DNA of 64,000 bases from Planctomycetota bacterium (GTDB lineage Bacteria > Planctomycetota > UBA1135 > UBA2386), in NCBI GenBank assembly GCA_046290465.1, contig JBKAGP010000001.1:4512001-4576000 (forward strand), read 5' to 3'. Below, piece by piece: positions 1-9,998 of this stretch. The translations under genes were made by a program, and so were the position numbers. The notes beneath the pieces are model-generated. The model worked only from the letters and a program-made list of their open reading frames with translations, made no database searches and was not told where the DNA came from. Position 1 is the stretch's first letter; each line of letters opens with the position of its first letter.

Positions 1-9
1 CAGCAGTCG

Positions 10-1794
10 GTGACCGGCCTGACGATGCTGCTCGAACGGCTGCACGACCTCGATACGCGCGGCGTGACTCCGGCGCCCTGGGCGCGCCGGGGGACCAACC
101 GGAACTTCTCCGTGGGCGAGGCCGTCGCGCTGCTGCCGGCCATCGACGAGACCTCCCGGCAGATGCGCAGCGCGGCGAAGAGCACCGCCCGGCAGTGGCT
201 GACGTCGCTGATGATCCAGCTCGTCTACGACGCCAAGGACGACCGCGTGATGCACGCCGCGCTCCGATGGGCCGACCGTGGTTACGAGGTCTACGAGGCG
301 ATCTCGCACAACATCACGAGGGGCACCCTGGTGCCCGCGCTCGAGCGCGCTCCGGAGATGTCGGCCGACGGTCGCCGCATCCTGTTGTCCAACGTTCCGA
401 CCCGGGCGATGAGCGCCGAGGCCTTGCCGCGGTTGCTCGCGGTGGCGCCCGAACTCGGCGACGATCTGCTGCCGCGCGTCGGCCGGCTGGTCTCGTTCGC
501 CGGCACCGACGAGGCGGTCGACTGGATCATGGATCAGTGGCGCCAGGCCAAGGTCCGCTTCCCGGAGTCCGCTGCGAACTACACCAAGTGGGTCCCGGAG
601 GCGTTGATCCGGGTCGGCCGGAGCAACCGCAGCGAACGGGTGCGCGCCGCGATGCGCGCGGTCGTGCGCGGCTTCGGCGGTCCGCAGGCGCGCGGCAAGG
701 AACTGGCGCGGCTGCTGCTGGCGTTGATGTCGATGTCGGACGAGCGCGTGCTCGACTTCCTCGGCGTCGGGGTCGGGTTGGGCCAGCGTGGGCACCATCC
801 GTATCCCGAGGGCGCCAGCCAGCTGATGAGTCCGGTTGGCTACCTGCTCGACAACGGCGACCCGAAGCACGGCTACTCGGACGAGCAGGCCGCTGCGGTC
901 GTTCGCAAGCTCGCGGCCATGCAGGAGCACGTTCCGTTGCTCGAGATGTGCGATCCGAAGCTGGTCTCGGATGCGCTGCTGCTCGTGCTGGCCGAGCACG
1001 ACCGGACCATGTTCAAGAACCGGACCTGGATCAACGAAGTCGTCCATCGCCTCAACGTTCGCTTGCACGCTGGCGACGACGTGGATGGCATCGAGCCGTA
1101 CTTCCTGCAGCAGCTCGGGCGCGACGGCCGGTTGAACCAGTGGTTCTACCTGCTGCCCGCCAGGATCGTCGACCGCTACCGGAAGCAGATCGCGGCGTTG
1201 CTCGACGGCGATGACGGGGAATGGGCCGAAGCCGCGTGCGTTCGCCTGTGGCGTCACGATCGCGGCATCGACCTGCGCACCGCGCTCGAGAACGAGCATG
1301 CCACGGTGCGGTTGTGGGCCATCGATCGCCTGGCCCGCGACCGGACCCCGGTGGAGTCGGCGGTGTTGGTGGCGCGGCTGGACGACCCCAACGAGCAGGT
1401 GCGGCTGCTGGCCGCAAACCGGCTCGGCGCGATGGTCAGCAAGCAGGCGGTGCCGAAGCTGATCGAGCTGCTGAAGGACCCCGTCTTCTCGGTGCAGGAA
1501 GAAGCCTCCAAGGCGCTCACGCGCATCCGCTTCTACCACGAGCAACAGGCCCACTGGGACCGCATCCTCAAGGGCATGGACGCGTCGCCGCAGTCCGCCG
1601 TCGAGAAGCTGCTGCTGCAGGCGAAGCCCACCGCGCGCAAGGAGCAGCGCCTGCTCGCGATCGCGTCGCTGGGCGTGCTCGGCAAGCCGGAGGCGCTGCC
1701 GTTCTTGATCGACTGGACGCAGGACGCGGACGCCGCGATCGCCGAGGCCGCCAAGGCCGCGGTCCAGAAGATCCACCTCGACCCGAAGAAGTAG
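10..1794 (+). CDS. HEAT/PBS-lyase repeat protein (probably 5'-truncated by the window edge)
   Basis: C-terminal HEAT-like repeats (LDDPNEQVRLLAANRLG, LLKDPVFSVQEEASKAL, RLLAIASLGVLGKPEALPFL); frame is open to the window start. Confidence 0.75.
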   Translation: MTGLTMLLERLHDLDTRGVTPAPWARRGTNRNFSVGEAVALLPAIDETSRQMRSAAKSTARQWLTSLMIQLVYDAKDDRVMHAALRWADRGYEVYEAISHNITRGTLVPALERAPEMSADGRRILLSNVPTRAMSAEALPRLLAVAPELGDDLLPRVGRLVSFAGTDEAVDWIMDQWRQAKVRFPESAANYTKWVPEALIRVGRSNRSERVRAAMRAVVRGFGGPQARGKELARLLLALMSMSDERVLDFLGVGVGLGQRGHHPYPEGASQLMSPVGYLLDNGDPKHGYSDEQAAAVVRKLAAMQEHVPLLEMCDPKLVSDALLLVLAEHDRTMFKNRTWINEVVHRLNVRLHAGDDVDGIEPYFLQQLGRDGRLNQWFYLLPARIVDRYRKQIAALLDGDDGEWAEAACVRLWRHDRGIDLRTALENEHATVRLWAIDRLARDRTPVESAVLVARLDDPNEQVRLLAANRLGAMVSKQAVPKLIELLKDPVFSVQEEASKALTRIRFYHEQQAHWDRILKGMDASPQSAVEKLLLQAKPTARKEQRLLAIASLGVLGKPEALPFLIDWTQDADAAIAEAAKAAVQKIHLDPKK

Positions 1795-1808
1795 CCGTCG
1801 GCGCGGTG

Positions 1809-4676
1809 CTACGGCACCGTGCTGACGACGCGTGGCGCCGCCATCCGCTGCCAGACCGCGAGCGTGCGTTCTGCGGTGGCGCGCCAGGTGAACTGCTCGG
1901 CCTGCAGCGCGCCGCGCCGGCGCAACTCGGCGCCGAGCGTCGGCTCGTCGAGCAACCGCAGCACGTGCGCAGCGGCGCCGGCCTGGTCGTCCGGGTTCAC
2001 CAGCAGCGCGGCGTCGCCGGCGACCTCCGGGTGCGACGTGACGCCGCTCGCGATCACCGGGCAGCCCTTGGCCATCGCCTCGAGGATCGGCAGGCCGAAG
2101 CCCTCGGCGCGCGACAGGAACAGCAGCGCGGTGGCCGATGCGTAGAGCGCGTTGAGGTGCTTGCGCGGCAGGTAGCCGGTGAACGTCACGTCCGGCACGT
2201 TGCGCTTCGAACAGAACGCCGCGGCGGCGGTGGTGCCCGGATCGATCGCGCCGACGACCACCAGCTGCAGCGGTTGCTTCGCGCGCGCCATCAAGAACGC
2301 GTTGAGCGCGCAGTAGAAGTTCTTGTGCGGATCGTGCGCGCCGACGTGCAGCACGAACGGCCCGCGGATGCCGAGGTCGGCGTGCACTTCCGAGATCTCC
2401 GCCGCCGACGGCGGCCGGCCACCGTCGCGGTGCAGGCCGGCGAGGATCGGCGTGACCCGCCGCGCCGGGATGTCGGTGTGCGCGAGCACGTCCTGCGCGG
2501 TGAACGCCGAGTTGGTCAGCAGGTGTACGTCGCTGCGCTCGAGCTGGCGCAACCGGTCGAGGTAGCCTTCGCGGTTGGCTCGCGGCCACTCGTCGAGATA
2601 GCGGTGCAGCGGCGTCAGGTCGTGGAACGTCGTCGTCACGCGCGGGTGCCGCAGCGTGCGGATCGGCGAGTCGAACCCGAAGCTCATGTTCATCGGGTCG
2701 GGCAGGTGCACCAGGTCGACCTGCTCGGACCGGTAGCCGTCGATCTGCTGCAGCGTCACCTGCGGCAGCTGCAGCACCGGCGGCAGCACGGCGCCGTCCT
2801 GCGTTGCGTAGCCGACGATGCGCAGGCCCGGATCGGCCTCGCACAGCGCGGCGAGGTGCTGCGTCGTGAACTTGCCGATGCCGCGCGCGGTCGAGTCGGC
2901 GTAGAACAGCGTGCGCAGGTCGACGCCGACGGTCAGCGTCGGCGCAACGGCGGGCAGCGCCGGCGTGATGCAGGTGTCCTTGGGCTTGGGCTGCCAGTGC
3001 GCCGCGAACACGAACGACGTCAGCACCTGCGGGCCGACGATGCTCGAGAGCGCCGGATACTGCGCCACGTCCGGCGCCGTGACGCAGGCCTCGAGCACCG
3101 CGTCGTCGACCGCCAGCGCCAGCGGCGCGGTCGGCCGCAGGCGGGTCCGTTCGATCAGGTCGAGGTCGAGCTGCAGCGGTTGCGGCGTCGCCTTGGTCGG
3201 CACGCCGTTGAGCGCGGTCTGGCCGAGAACCAGCACGAGCGTGTCGTCGTCGGCGTGGCGCGACAGCGTCTCCTCGATCACGTCCGTGTCGAGCACCATG
3301 GAGAAGATCACCGCGTCGAAGCGATCGCGGGCCGCGCGACCGTCGCTGCAGACCTCGACGCCGAGGCCGCTCAACCAGTCGGCGACGCGGCCCAGTTCGT
3401 TGCCGAGGTGCAGGACCCGCGCGCCCGCGCGCGCGACGCCGTGGCGCGACAGGTGCGACGCGAACGCGAGCTGCTCCCACAGCTGGGCCGAATGCGCGTA
3501 CGGGTCGTCGACGAGTCCGCGGACCCGCAAGGCCTCGGCCGCCGCGCCGAACTCGGGTGATCCGAAGTCCGCATCGCGGCAGACGCCCTGGCCGGGGATC
3601 GTGCCTTCGCGGTGCGGCCCGCCTCGAACCATCGAGCGCAGCAGCGGCGTGTTGCCGGCGCGCTGCAGCGCCGCGGCGATGTCGGCGAACCGCCGGGACA
3701 GTGCCTCGTCGCGGAGCTGGTCGGCCTGTTCGCGGTGCAGCTCGAGCAGCGCCCACGTGCAGGCGGGGATCGGGTGGCGGTGGTCGTCGAACCAGCGCAC
3801 CGGATCCTGTTGCTCCAGCATCTGCTCGAGCAGGGTCGCCGCGGCGGCGAGCTCGCTGCGGCCGACCGCTCGGCCGATGCGTCGCCGCATCTCGGCGCGC
3901 ACCAGCTGTGGCAGGTAGGGGCCGCCCTCGCGCTTGACCCAGCCGTCCGCATCGACGTAGCCATGCGTGCGCCACTTGCCCGCCAGGTAGGCGAGGTTGT
4001 CGCGCGAGCCGCCGTGGACGAGGTCGGGCGTCGCGACGCCGGACGCGTGCTCGTGGTGCACGATGGCCGCCTCGGGCACGGCGACGACGTCGAAGCCGGC
4101 GGCGATCGCACGCACGCAGTAGTCGTCGTCCTCGTGCCAGAACTGGCCGAGCTCCTCGTCGAACCGCCCGATGGTGCGCGCCGCGTCGGCGCGCACGAAG
4201 CACGCGAAGCCGCCGCTGACGACGTCGACGTGCGCGGTGCGCGCCGGCGCCGGCAGCAGCTCGCGGCCGGTCTCGTGCACGGTGATCAGGTGGCCGACCT
4301 TGCCGAGAACGCGCGCACCGGGGAACTGCCGCATCGCCTCGGCGAACGGCTGCAGCCAGCCCGCCTCGAACTCGAGGTCGTTGTCGACGAACACGATCCA
4401 GTCGTGCGGCTGCGTCTCCGGCAGGATGAAGTCGAGCAGGTCGTTGCGTCCGCCCGGCACGCCCCGGTTGCTCTGGTTGAGTCGATAGCGCAGCCACGGT
4501 TGCTGCTGGGCCTGCAGCCACGCCTGCGTGCGACCGTCCGGCGACGCGTTGTCGACGACGTGCAGCACGAACGGCTGCCCGGTGGTCGCCGCGATCGTGC
4601 GCACCGCCCGTTCGGTCTCGGCGAGCGCACCGTAGGTGAGCATCGCGAAGTGCAGGGTCGGGCCGGCGTCGCTCAT
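1809..4676 (-). CDS. Multidomain glycosyltransferase: N-terminal GT2, central degenerate methyltransferase-like region, C-terminal GT4
   Basis: GT2 motifs VVDNASPD, FVDND, FDEELGQFWHEDDDYC; GT4 motifs EGFGLPILEAMAKGCPVI, HPEVAGDAALLVNP; ATG at 4676 overlaps the upstream TGA (ATGA coupling). Confidence 0.85.
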   Translation of the reverse strand: MSDAGPTLHFAMLTYGALAETERAVRTIAATTGQPFVLHVVDNASPDGRTQAWLQAQQQPWLRYRLNQSNRGVPGGRNDLLDFILPETQPHDWIVFVDNDLEFEAGWLQPFAEAMRQFPGARVLGKVGHLITVHETGRELLPAPARTAHVDVVSGGFACFVRADAARTIGRFDEELGQFWHEDDDYCVRAIAAGFDVVAVPEAAIVHHEHASGVATPDLVHGGSRDNLAYLAGKWRTHGYVDADGWVKREGGPYLPQLVRAEMRRRIGRAVGRSELAAAATLLEQMLEQQDPVRWFDDHRHPIPACTWALLELHREQADQLRDEALSRRFADIAAALQRAGNTPLLRSMVRGGPHREGTIPGQGVCRDADFGSPEFGAAAEALRVRGLVDDPYAHSAQLWEQLAFASHLSRHGVARAGARVLHLGNELGRVADWLSGLGVEVCSDGRAARDRFDAVIFSMVLDTDVIEETLSRHADDDTLVLVLGQTALNGVPTKATPQPLQLDLDLIERTRLRPTAPLALAVDDAVLEACVTAPDVAQYPALSSIVGPQVLTSFVFAAHWQPKPKDTCITPALPAVAPTLTVGVDLRTLFYADSTARGIGKFTTQHLAALCEADPGLRIVGYATQDGAVLPPVLQLPQVTLQQIDGYRSEQVDLVHLPDPMNMSFGFDSPIRTLRHPRVTTTFHDLTPLHRYLDEWPRANREGYLDRLRQLERSDVHLLTNSAFTAQDVLAHTDIPARRVTPILAGLHRDGGRPPSAAEISEVHADLGIRGPFVLHVGAHDPHKNFYCALNAFLMARAKQPLQLVVVGAIDPGTTAAAAFCSKRNVPDVTFTGYLPRKHLNALYASATALLFLSRAEGFGLPILEAMAKGCPVIASGVTSHPEVAGDAALLVNPDDQAGAAAHVLRLLDEPTLGAELRRRGALQAEQFTWRATAERTLAVWQRMAAPRVVSTVP

Positions 4677-5488
4677 CGCTGCTCCTTGTGGAAGTAGGCC
4701 ATCCACAGCTGGCGTTCGGCGAGCTTGTCGATGTCGAGCAGCGGCGTGGTGCCGTCGTACTCGCAGTAGCGGATCGTGTAGCCGGCGGCGGCGACGTCGC
4801 GCAGCCACGGCGCGGCCTCGGCGTTGACGGTCACCTCGGCGAACACGTGCATCTGCGGGTTGTGCGCCAGCACGCCCTGCATGCCGCGCCAGATCGCCGG
4901 CTCGCTGCCCTCGCAGTCCATCTTGAGCACCTGGATCGGCGCCAGGTCGCCGAGCAGCTGGTCGAGCGTGCGCATCGGCACGTCGAGGATGCCGTCGTGC
5001 CGATAGTCCTCGGGCACGATGCACGCGCCGCCGAGGTTGTCCTCGCCGTGCACCAGCAGCCGCGCGCTGCCTTCGCGATCACCGACCGCGCACTCGACCA
5101 CCTCGAAGTGCTGCCAGCCGTTGCGTTGGCCGGTCAGGCGCAGCCGTCGCGCCAGCTCCGGATTGGCCTCGACCGAGATCACCGCGGCCGCGCCGAGCGA
5201 CTGGAACAGCGCGCCGAAGTAGCCGGCGTTGGCGCCGAGGTCGACGCAGATCGTGCCGGGCCGCATGCAGTCGGCGATCGCCTTGGTCACCCACCACTCC
5301 CAGAAGCCGACCTCGAGCATGTGCCGCGCGACCGATCCGTCGCGGGGATCGACGACCACGTCGCAGGTCTCGAGCACGCGAGCGATCGCATCGGTCTCGG
5401 TGTCGGCGTGGGTGGGGCGCTTCTGTGCGGCGATCGCACAGCGCAACTCGGACTTCTCCCGGGGGACCTGCAGCAGTTGGTAGTTCAA
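4673..5488 (-). CDS. FkbM-family methyltransferase
   Basis: VDLGANAGYF, VEANP, LKMDCEGSE motifs; likely TTG start 7 nt after AGGAG. Confidence 0.85.
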   Translation of the reverse strand: MNYQLLQVPREKSELRCAIAAQKRPTHADTETDAIARVLETCDVVVDPRDGSVARHMLEVGFWEWWVTKAIADCMRPGTICVDLGANAGYFGALFQSLGAAAVISVEANPELARRLRLTGQRNGWQHFEVVECAVGDREGSARLLVHGEDNLGGACIVPEDYRHDGILDVPMRTLDQLLGDLAPIQVLKMDCEGSEPAIWRGMQGVLAHNPQMHVFAEVTVNAEAAPWLRDVAAAGYTIRYCEYDGTTPLLDIDKLAERQLWMAYFHKEQR

Positions 5489-5576
5489 GGCGGAGCTCCT
5501 GGCCGACGATCGGTCCCATCGACATCCGCGCCGTCGCGACTCAAGCCATGGCACCGGCGTTTCCGATCAGGCGGGC

Positions 5577-6266
5577 ATGGCGACGATCCAGGCCAGAACC
5601 GCCCCGGGCACGCTGGTGCTCGACCCCAACCTTCCGGCGCACGTCGCCTTGCGCCGGTCGCTGCCGCGTTGGCGCGCGGTCGCGTGCAGCGAACTGATCG
5701 GACGGGACGTCACCGCCGGCGCCAGGCTGTGCGTCGCCGACTGGCGGATCTTCGGCGCGGTGCCGTACCTGCGCGAAACGCTGATGCAGAACCGCGGCCG
5801 CACGATCGCCCTCGTCGGCCTGTCCGACGAACCGTGCGACGACGGCGCGCTCGCGATGCTGCGCCGCTTCGCCGGCGAGGTCGTCGCGCTGGTCTCGGCC
5901 GCGCAGCCGTCGTGGACCAGCCGCCTGCTGGTGCCGGTCTCGACGGTCGGTCCCGCCGGCGTCGCCGACGCGATCGTCGAGGCGTGCCGTCGGCCGGCCG
6001 CGGACCTCGGCAGCGTCGACGTGCACCTGCGTGAGGCGATCCAATACATGCAGCGCGGCGACGACGACGGCGCGTTCCAGGCATCGGCACGCGCGCTGGC
6101 GATGGCGCCGGACCAGCCCGGCATCATCGCGGACGTCGCGAGACTGCTCGCTCGCATGGGCCGTTCGGCAGACGGCGAACAGCTCTGCCGCACGTTCTTG
6201 CTGCAGCGCCCCGACAGCGCGCCGGTCCAGGCCGCGCTCGGCGAACTCGCACCGCTGCGCTGCTGA
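5577..6266 (+). CDS. Hypothetical protein with C-terminal TPR-like helices
   Basis: GC-biased codon usage; ARALAMAPDQPGIIADVARLLARMGR is TPR-like. Confidence 0.6.
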   Translation: MATIQARTAPGTLVLDPNLPAHVALRRSLPRWRAVACSELIGRDVTAGARLCVADWRIFGAVPYLRETLMQNRGRTIALVGLSDEPCDDGALAMLRRFAGEVVALVSAAQPSWTSRLLVPVSTVGPAGVADAIVEACRRPAADLGSVDVHLREAIQYMQRGDDDGAFQASARALAMAPDQPGIIADVARLLARMGRSADGEQLCRTFLLQRPDSAPVQAALGELAPLRC

Positions 6267-6360
6267 ACGGCTTGCGTATACAGATCGGTAACAAGTCGGA
6301 AGAAGTTCTTGTGCCGCTCTGCGTGTCGCATCGGGATCGGCTCGTATCATCGCCGCCCCG

Positions 6361-8799
6361 ATGGAATCCCGATTGCGCCTGTTGTTGACCCTGTTGCTGA
6401 CGCTGACCGCGTCGCTGTATGCGCAGGGCGATCCCAAGTTCAAGCTGAAGGCCGCGCTCGAGCCGGCAACGGCCGCGCCGGGCCAGGAGGTCCAGCTGGT
6501 GCTGACCGCGACGACGCAGCACGGCTGGCACGCCTACGGCACGCTCGAGACCAGCAACGTGCCGGTGTCGCTCGACACGTCGGGGCTCGACCTGGTCGGG
6601 CTCGAACGCAACGGTGAGGCCGAGATCCCGCCGGGCATCCCGGACGTCTCGCAGTATGGCACGCAGTATCCGTTGCCCGAGTCGTTCCGCGTGACGGTGC
6701 CGCTGAAGGTCGCGGCCGACGCGAGCGGCGAGCTGAAGGTCGCGGGATCCCTCGGCTACCAGATCTGTGAGCAGGGCCGCTGCGAAGCGCCGAACGAGGC
6801 GCCGTTCGAGGCGGCCGGCAAGCTCAGCGAGGGCAGCGGCGAACCGGTTGCGCAGCAGCCGCAGGAGCCGATCCCGGTGCCGGGCCTCGGCACGGTGCCC
6901 GGCCTGATGCTCGACCCCGACCAGAAGGTCACGATCACGGCGAAGTTCGAACCGGCGATCGTGCGCGCCGGCGAGGTGACGACGCTGGTGCTCGACGTCG
7001 AGGTCGTCGACGGCTGGCATGCCTACGGCGTGCTCGAGACCGGCCAGATCCCGGTCGGCTACGACCCGTCCAAGCAGGACGTCGGCATCCTCGAGTTCGA
7101 AGGCCAGCCGGTGATCCCGCCAGGCGACCCGACGGACTTCCACGGCACGACGCAGTACCAGCTGCCGCACCACTTCGAGGTCAAGCAGACGTTCCGCGTG
7201 CCGGCCGACGCCGAGCCGCGCCAACTCGCGATCGGGGGCGTGCTCGACTACCAGGTCTGCGACGAGAACGGCTGCGACCAGCCGACCGAAGGCGAGTACG
7301 AGGCCGAGCTCGAGATCGAGGCGGGCGAGGCGCGTGAGGGCCGGACCGAGGCGCCGAAGGTCGAGCCGCAGGACGACGGTTCGGTCGGCGAGGAGACGCT
7401 TGCCAGCCCCGACGATCCGTTCGCCAGCTGGTGGACGCTGATCCTCGCGTGCATCGGCGGCGGCCTGTTCGCCCTGGCGATGCCGTGCACCTATCCGATG
7501 ATCCCGATCACGTTCAGCTTCTTCACCAAGCAGGCGGAGAAGACCGGCGGCAACGTGCTGCCGCTGACGATCACCTACGGCCTGGGCATCATCGCGATGT
7601 TCGTGTTCGTCGGGGTCGCGCTCTCGGCGATCATCATCGACGTCGTCAACCACTGGGCGACCAACACCGTCATCGGGGTGATGTTCTTCTTCTTCGCCGC
7701 GGTGCTGTTCGGATGGGTCAACCTGAACCCGCCGCAGTTCATGCAGAAGCTGGCGACCAAGGCGCAGATGTCGGCCATGGGCGGCGGCAACGAAGGGAGC
7801 ACCGGCCTGTCGCTCGGCGGCCTGGCCGGCGTGTTCTTCATGGGTGCCACGCTGGTGCTGACCTCGTTCACCTGCACGGCGCCGATCGTCGGCTCGCTGA
7901 TCGGCGGCATCGCCAAGCACGGCTGGGAAAAGGTCGCCGTCGGCATGGGCATCTTCGGCCTGACGATGGCGATCCCGTTCATGGTGCTGTCGCTGATGCC
8001 GACCAAGGTCAAGGCGATGCCCAAGTCCGGCGAGTGGATGGAGACGCTCAAGATCTCGCTCGGCTTCGTCGAGCTGGCGGCGGCCTTCAAGTTCGTCTCG
8101 ATGGTCGACATCGCGTTCGGCTGGGACGCGCTGCCGCGCGAGCTGTTCCTGATGATCTGGGCTGCGGTGTTCGGCATGTGGGCGCTCTACCTGTTCGGCG
8201 TGATCCGCAAGGCGGGCACGCCGAGCATGGGGGTGAGCAGCGGCCGGATGGCCAGCGGCATGATCGTCACCCTGCTCGCGACCTACTTCTTGTTCGGCGC
8301 GATGGGCAACCGCATGGACTCGATCATGACGAGCTTCGTGCCGGCCTACTCCAACCGCATCGTCATGAAGGGCGAAGGCGGCGCGGCCAAGGTCGAGACG
8401 CACATGGTCGTCAAGGACGACCCGGCGAAGGCGATCGAGGTCGCCAAGGCCGAGGACAAACTCGTGCTCTACAACTTCACCGGCTTCAATTGAGGCAGCT
8501 GCCGCATCATGGAAGAACAGATCTTCCTCGAGGAGGCGGTCGCCTCCCTCATGAAGCAGCACCTGGTCGAAGCGCGTCTGCACACCGATTCGCAGAAGCA
8601 CCTGACCGACGAGCAGTTCGCCAACAACAAGAAGGCGCAGGCGGAGCTCGCCGGCGTCACGACCAACCCGTACTTCGTCATGGTCGACCCGACCACCGGC
8701 GACAAGGTCGCGGAGTTCTCGCTGTCCGGCGGCTTCGGCGCCTGGAAGGGCAACTGGATCCAGTTCTTGCGGGGCGTCGCCAAGAAGACCGGGCGGTAG
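6361..8799 (+). CDS. dsbD: DsbD-like thiol:disulfide interchange protein, candidate selenoprotein (in-frame TGA at 8491-8493, UxxC), 812 aa if read through
   Basis: Signal peptide; two DsbD-alpha-like domains (YQICEQGRC, YQVCDENGC); transmembrane domain with MPCTYPMIPIT and SFTCTAPIVG; thioredoxin domain YNFTGFN-TGA-GSCRIMEE, in frame with ORF 8509..8799. Confidence 0.85.
8492..8546 (+). promoter_or_regulatory. Candidate bacterial SECIS-like stem-loop
   Basis: GGAAGA(8511-8516)/TCTTCC(8522-8527) upper stem with loop ACAGA; GCCGC(8501-8505)/GCGGT(8536-8540); GAGGC(8492-8496)/GCCTC(8542-8546); lies directly 3' of the in-frame TGA. Confidence 0.5.
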
Positions 8800-8806
8800 T
8801 CGGCGC

Positions 8807-8836
8807 GGCCTGGATGCCGGCTGCGGCATCCAGGCC
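8807..8836. terminator. 13-bp stem hairpin between convergent genes
   Basis: GGCCTGGATGCCG-gctg-CGGCATCCAGGCC just after the dsbD TAG; no U-tract. Confidence 0.55.
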
Positions 8837-8924
8837 CGTATTCGCGCGCGTCGAAGCCCGCTGGGTTGCGATGCGCAAAGACCGAACGCCTACGGCAACC
8901 GGGCGCAGGGCCCGCTGACGCGGC

Positions 8925-9998
8925 CTACCGACCGCGCCTGCCCTTCGCCTTCTGGAACGGCAGCCGCCCGGCCTCGACGCACCACGTCATCTTCTGCTTC
9001 CACACCCGAGCGCCCTTCTGGTCGTACTCGGCCACCCGCGTGTTCTCCGCGACCAGCGTGTTGCCGTTGGGCAGGCGGTCGGCGTCGCTCGGGGACGACA
9101 GCCCCTTGAGCGTCCAGACGCGCTTGCCCTGCGCGTCGACCTCGACGACCTCGCCCTTGTTGCGCAGTGTGATCAGCGTGTTGCCGTTGGGCAGGCGGTC
9201 CGCGTCGTGGGCATTGGGCATGCCTTCGACCTGCCAGACGATCTTCTTGGCCTCGTTGACCTCGATCACGCGGTCCTTCAGCACGTCGCTGATCAGGTAG
9301 GTGCCGGCCGCAGTCTGCTCGACGTCGAACGGGCGGATGTTGTCGTCGTAGCGCCAGACGGTCTTGCCGTCCTTGTCGACGATCAGCACCTCACTGCCGA
9401 ACGTGTTGGCGATCAGCGTGTTGCCGACCGTGAGGCGCGACGCGCAGTAGGGGTTCTTCAGCCCTTCGTACTGCCAGACCCGCTTGCCGTTGCGGTCGAC
9501 CTCGGTGATCCGGCTGACGCTGAACTCGGTGATCAGCGTGTTGCCGTTGGCGAGGCGCTTGACGTCCCAGGCGCCGAACACGTCGTCGAGCACCCAGACA
9601 TGCTTGCCGTTGGCGTCCATCTCGACGATGCGGTTCTCGGAGTAGTCCGCGACCAGCGTGTTGCCGCGCGGGCCGAACCGCTTCGGGTCCTGACGGTCCG
9701 GATCGCGCTCGTCGTCGGGCGCGACCGCGTGCTGGTCGTCGCCGTCGTCGAGCCACGCGATCCCGCCGACGACGCCGGCACCGCCGAGCAGGCAGGCGGC
9801 GAGCAGCCACCGCGACAGGCGCGTCGCCGGTGGCGGCGCGTGCGCTGCGCGCGACCGCGGTTCGCCCGCGAGGGCGTCGAGGATCCGGCTGGTGAGAGAA
9901 CGGTCGGGGCCGAGGCCGCCGAGCTCCGTCAAGGTCGCTTCCATCTGCATCTCCTCCGCACGTTGTCGTGCCGTTGGTCGGTCTTCTCGTTGGGTCAT
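8925..9998 (-). CDS. Putative anti-sigma factor: single TM helix plus beta-propeller repeat domain
   Basis: TM segment WLLAACLLGGAGVVGGIAWL; repeated RLPNGNTLI...EVD..GK.VW units; ATGA-coupled to the ECF sigma. Confidence 0.7.
   Translation of the reverse strand: MTQREDRPTARQRAEEMQMEATLTELGGLGPDRSLTSRILDALAGEPRSRAAHAPPPATRLSRWLLAACLLGGAGVVGGIAWLDDGDDQHAVAPDDERDPDRQDPKRFGPRGNTLVADYSENRIVEMDANGKHVWVLDDVFGAWDVKRLANGNTLITEFSVSRITEVDRNGKRVWQYEGLKNPYCASRLTVGNTLIANTFGSEVLIVDKDGKTVWRYDDNIRPFDVEQTAAGTYLISDVLKDRVIEVNEAKKIVWQVEGMPNAHDADRLPNGNTLITLRNKGEVVEVDAQGKRVWTLKGLSSPSDADRLPNGNTLVAENTRVAEYDQKGARVWKQKMTWCVEAGRLPFQKAKGRRGR

Noticed and set aside
5079..5525. Alternative frameshifted N-terminus for FkbM (MSMGPIVGQELRL...)
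   Set aside because: An in-frame TTG with an AGGAG RBS at 5488 gives a normal-length FkbM without a frameshift.
8509..8799. Independent 96-aa ORF
   Set aside because: It is in frame with dsbD and begins just after the xxC of the active site, so it is the remainder of the thioredoxin domain.
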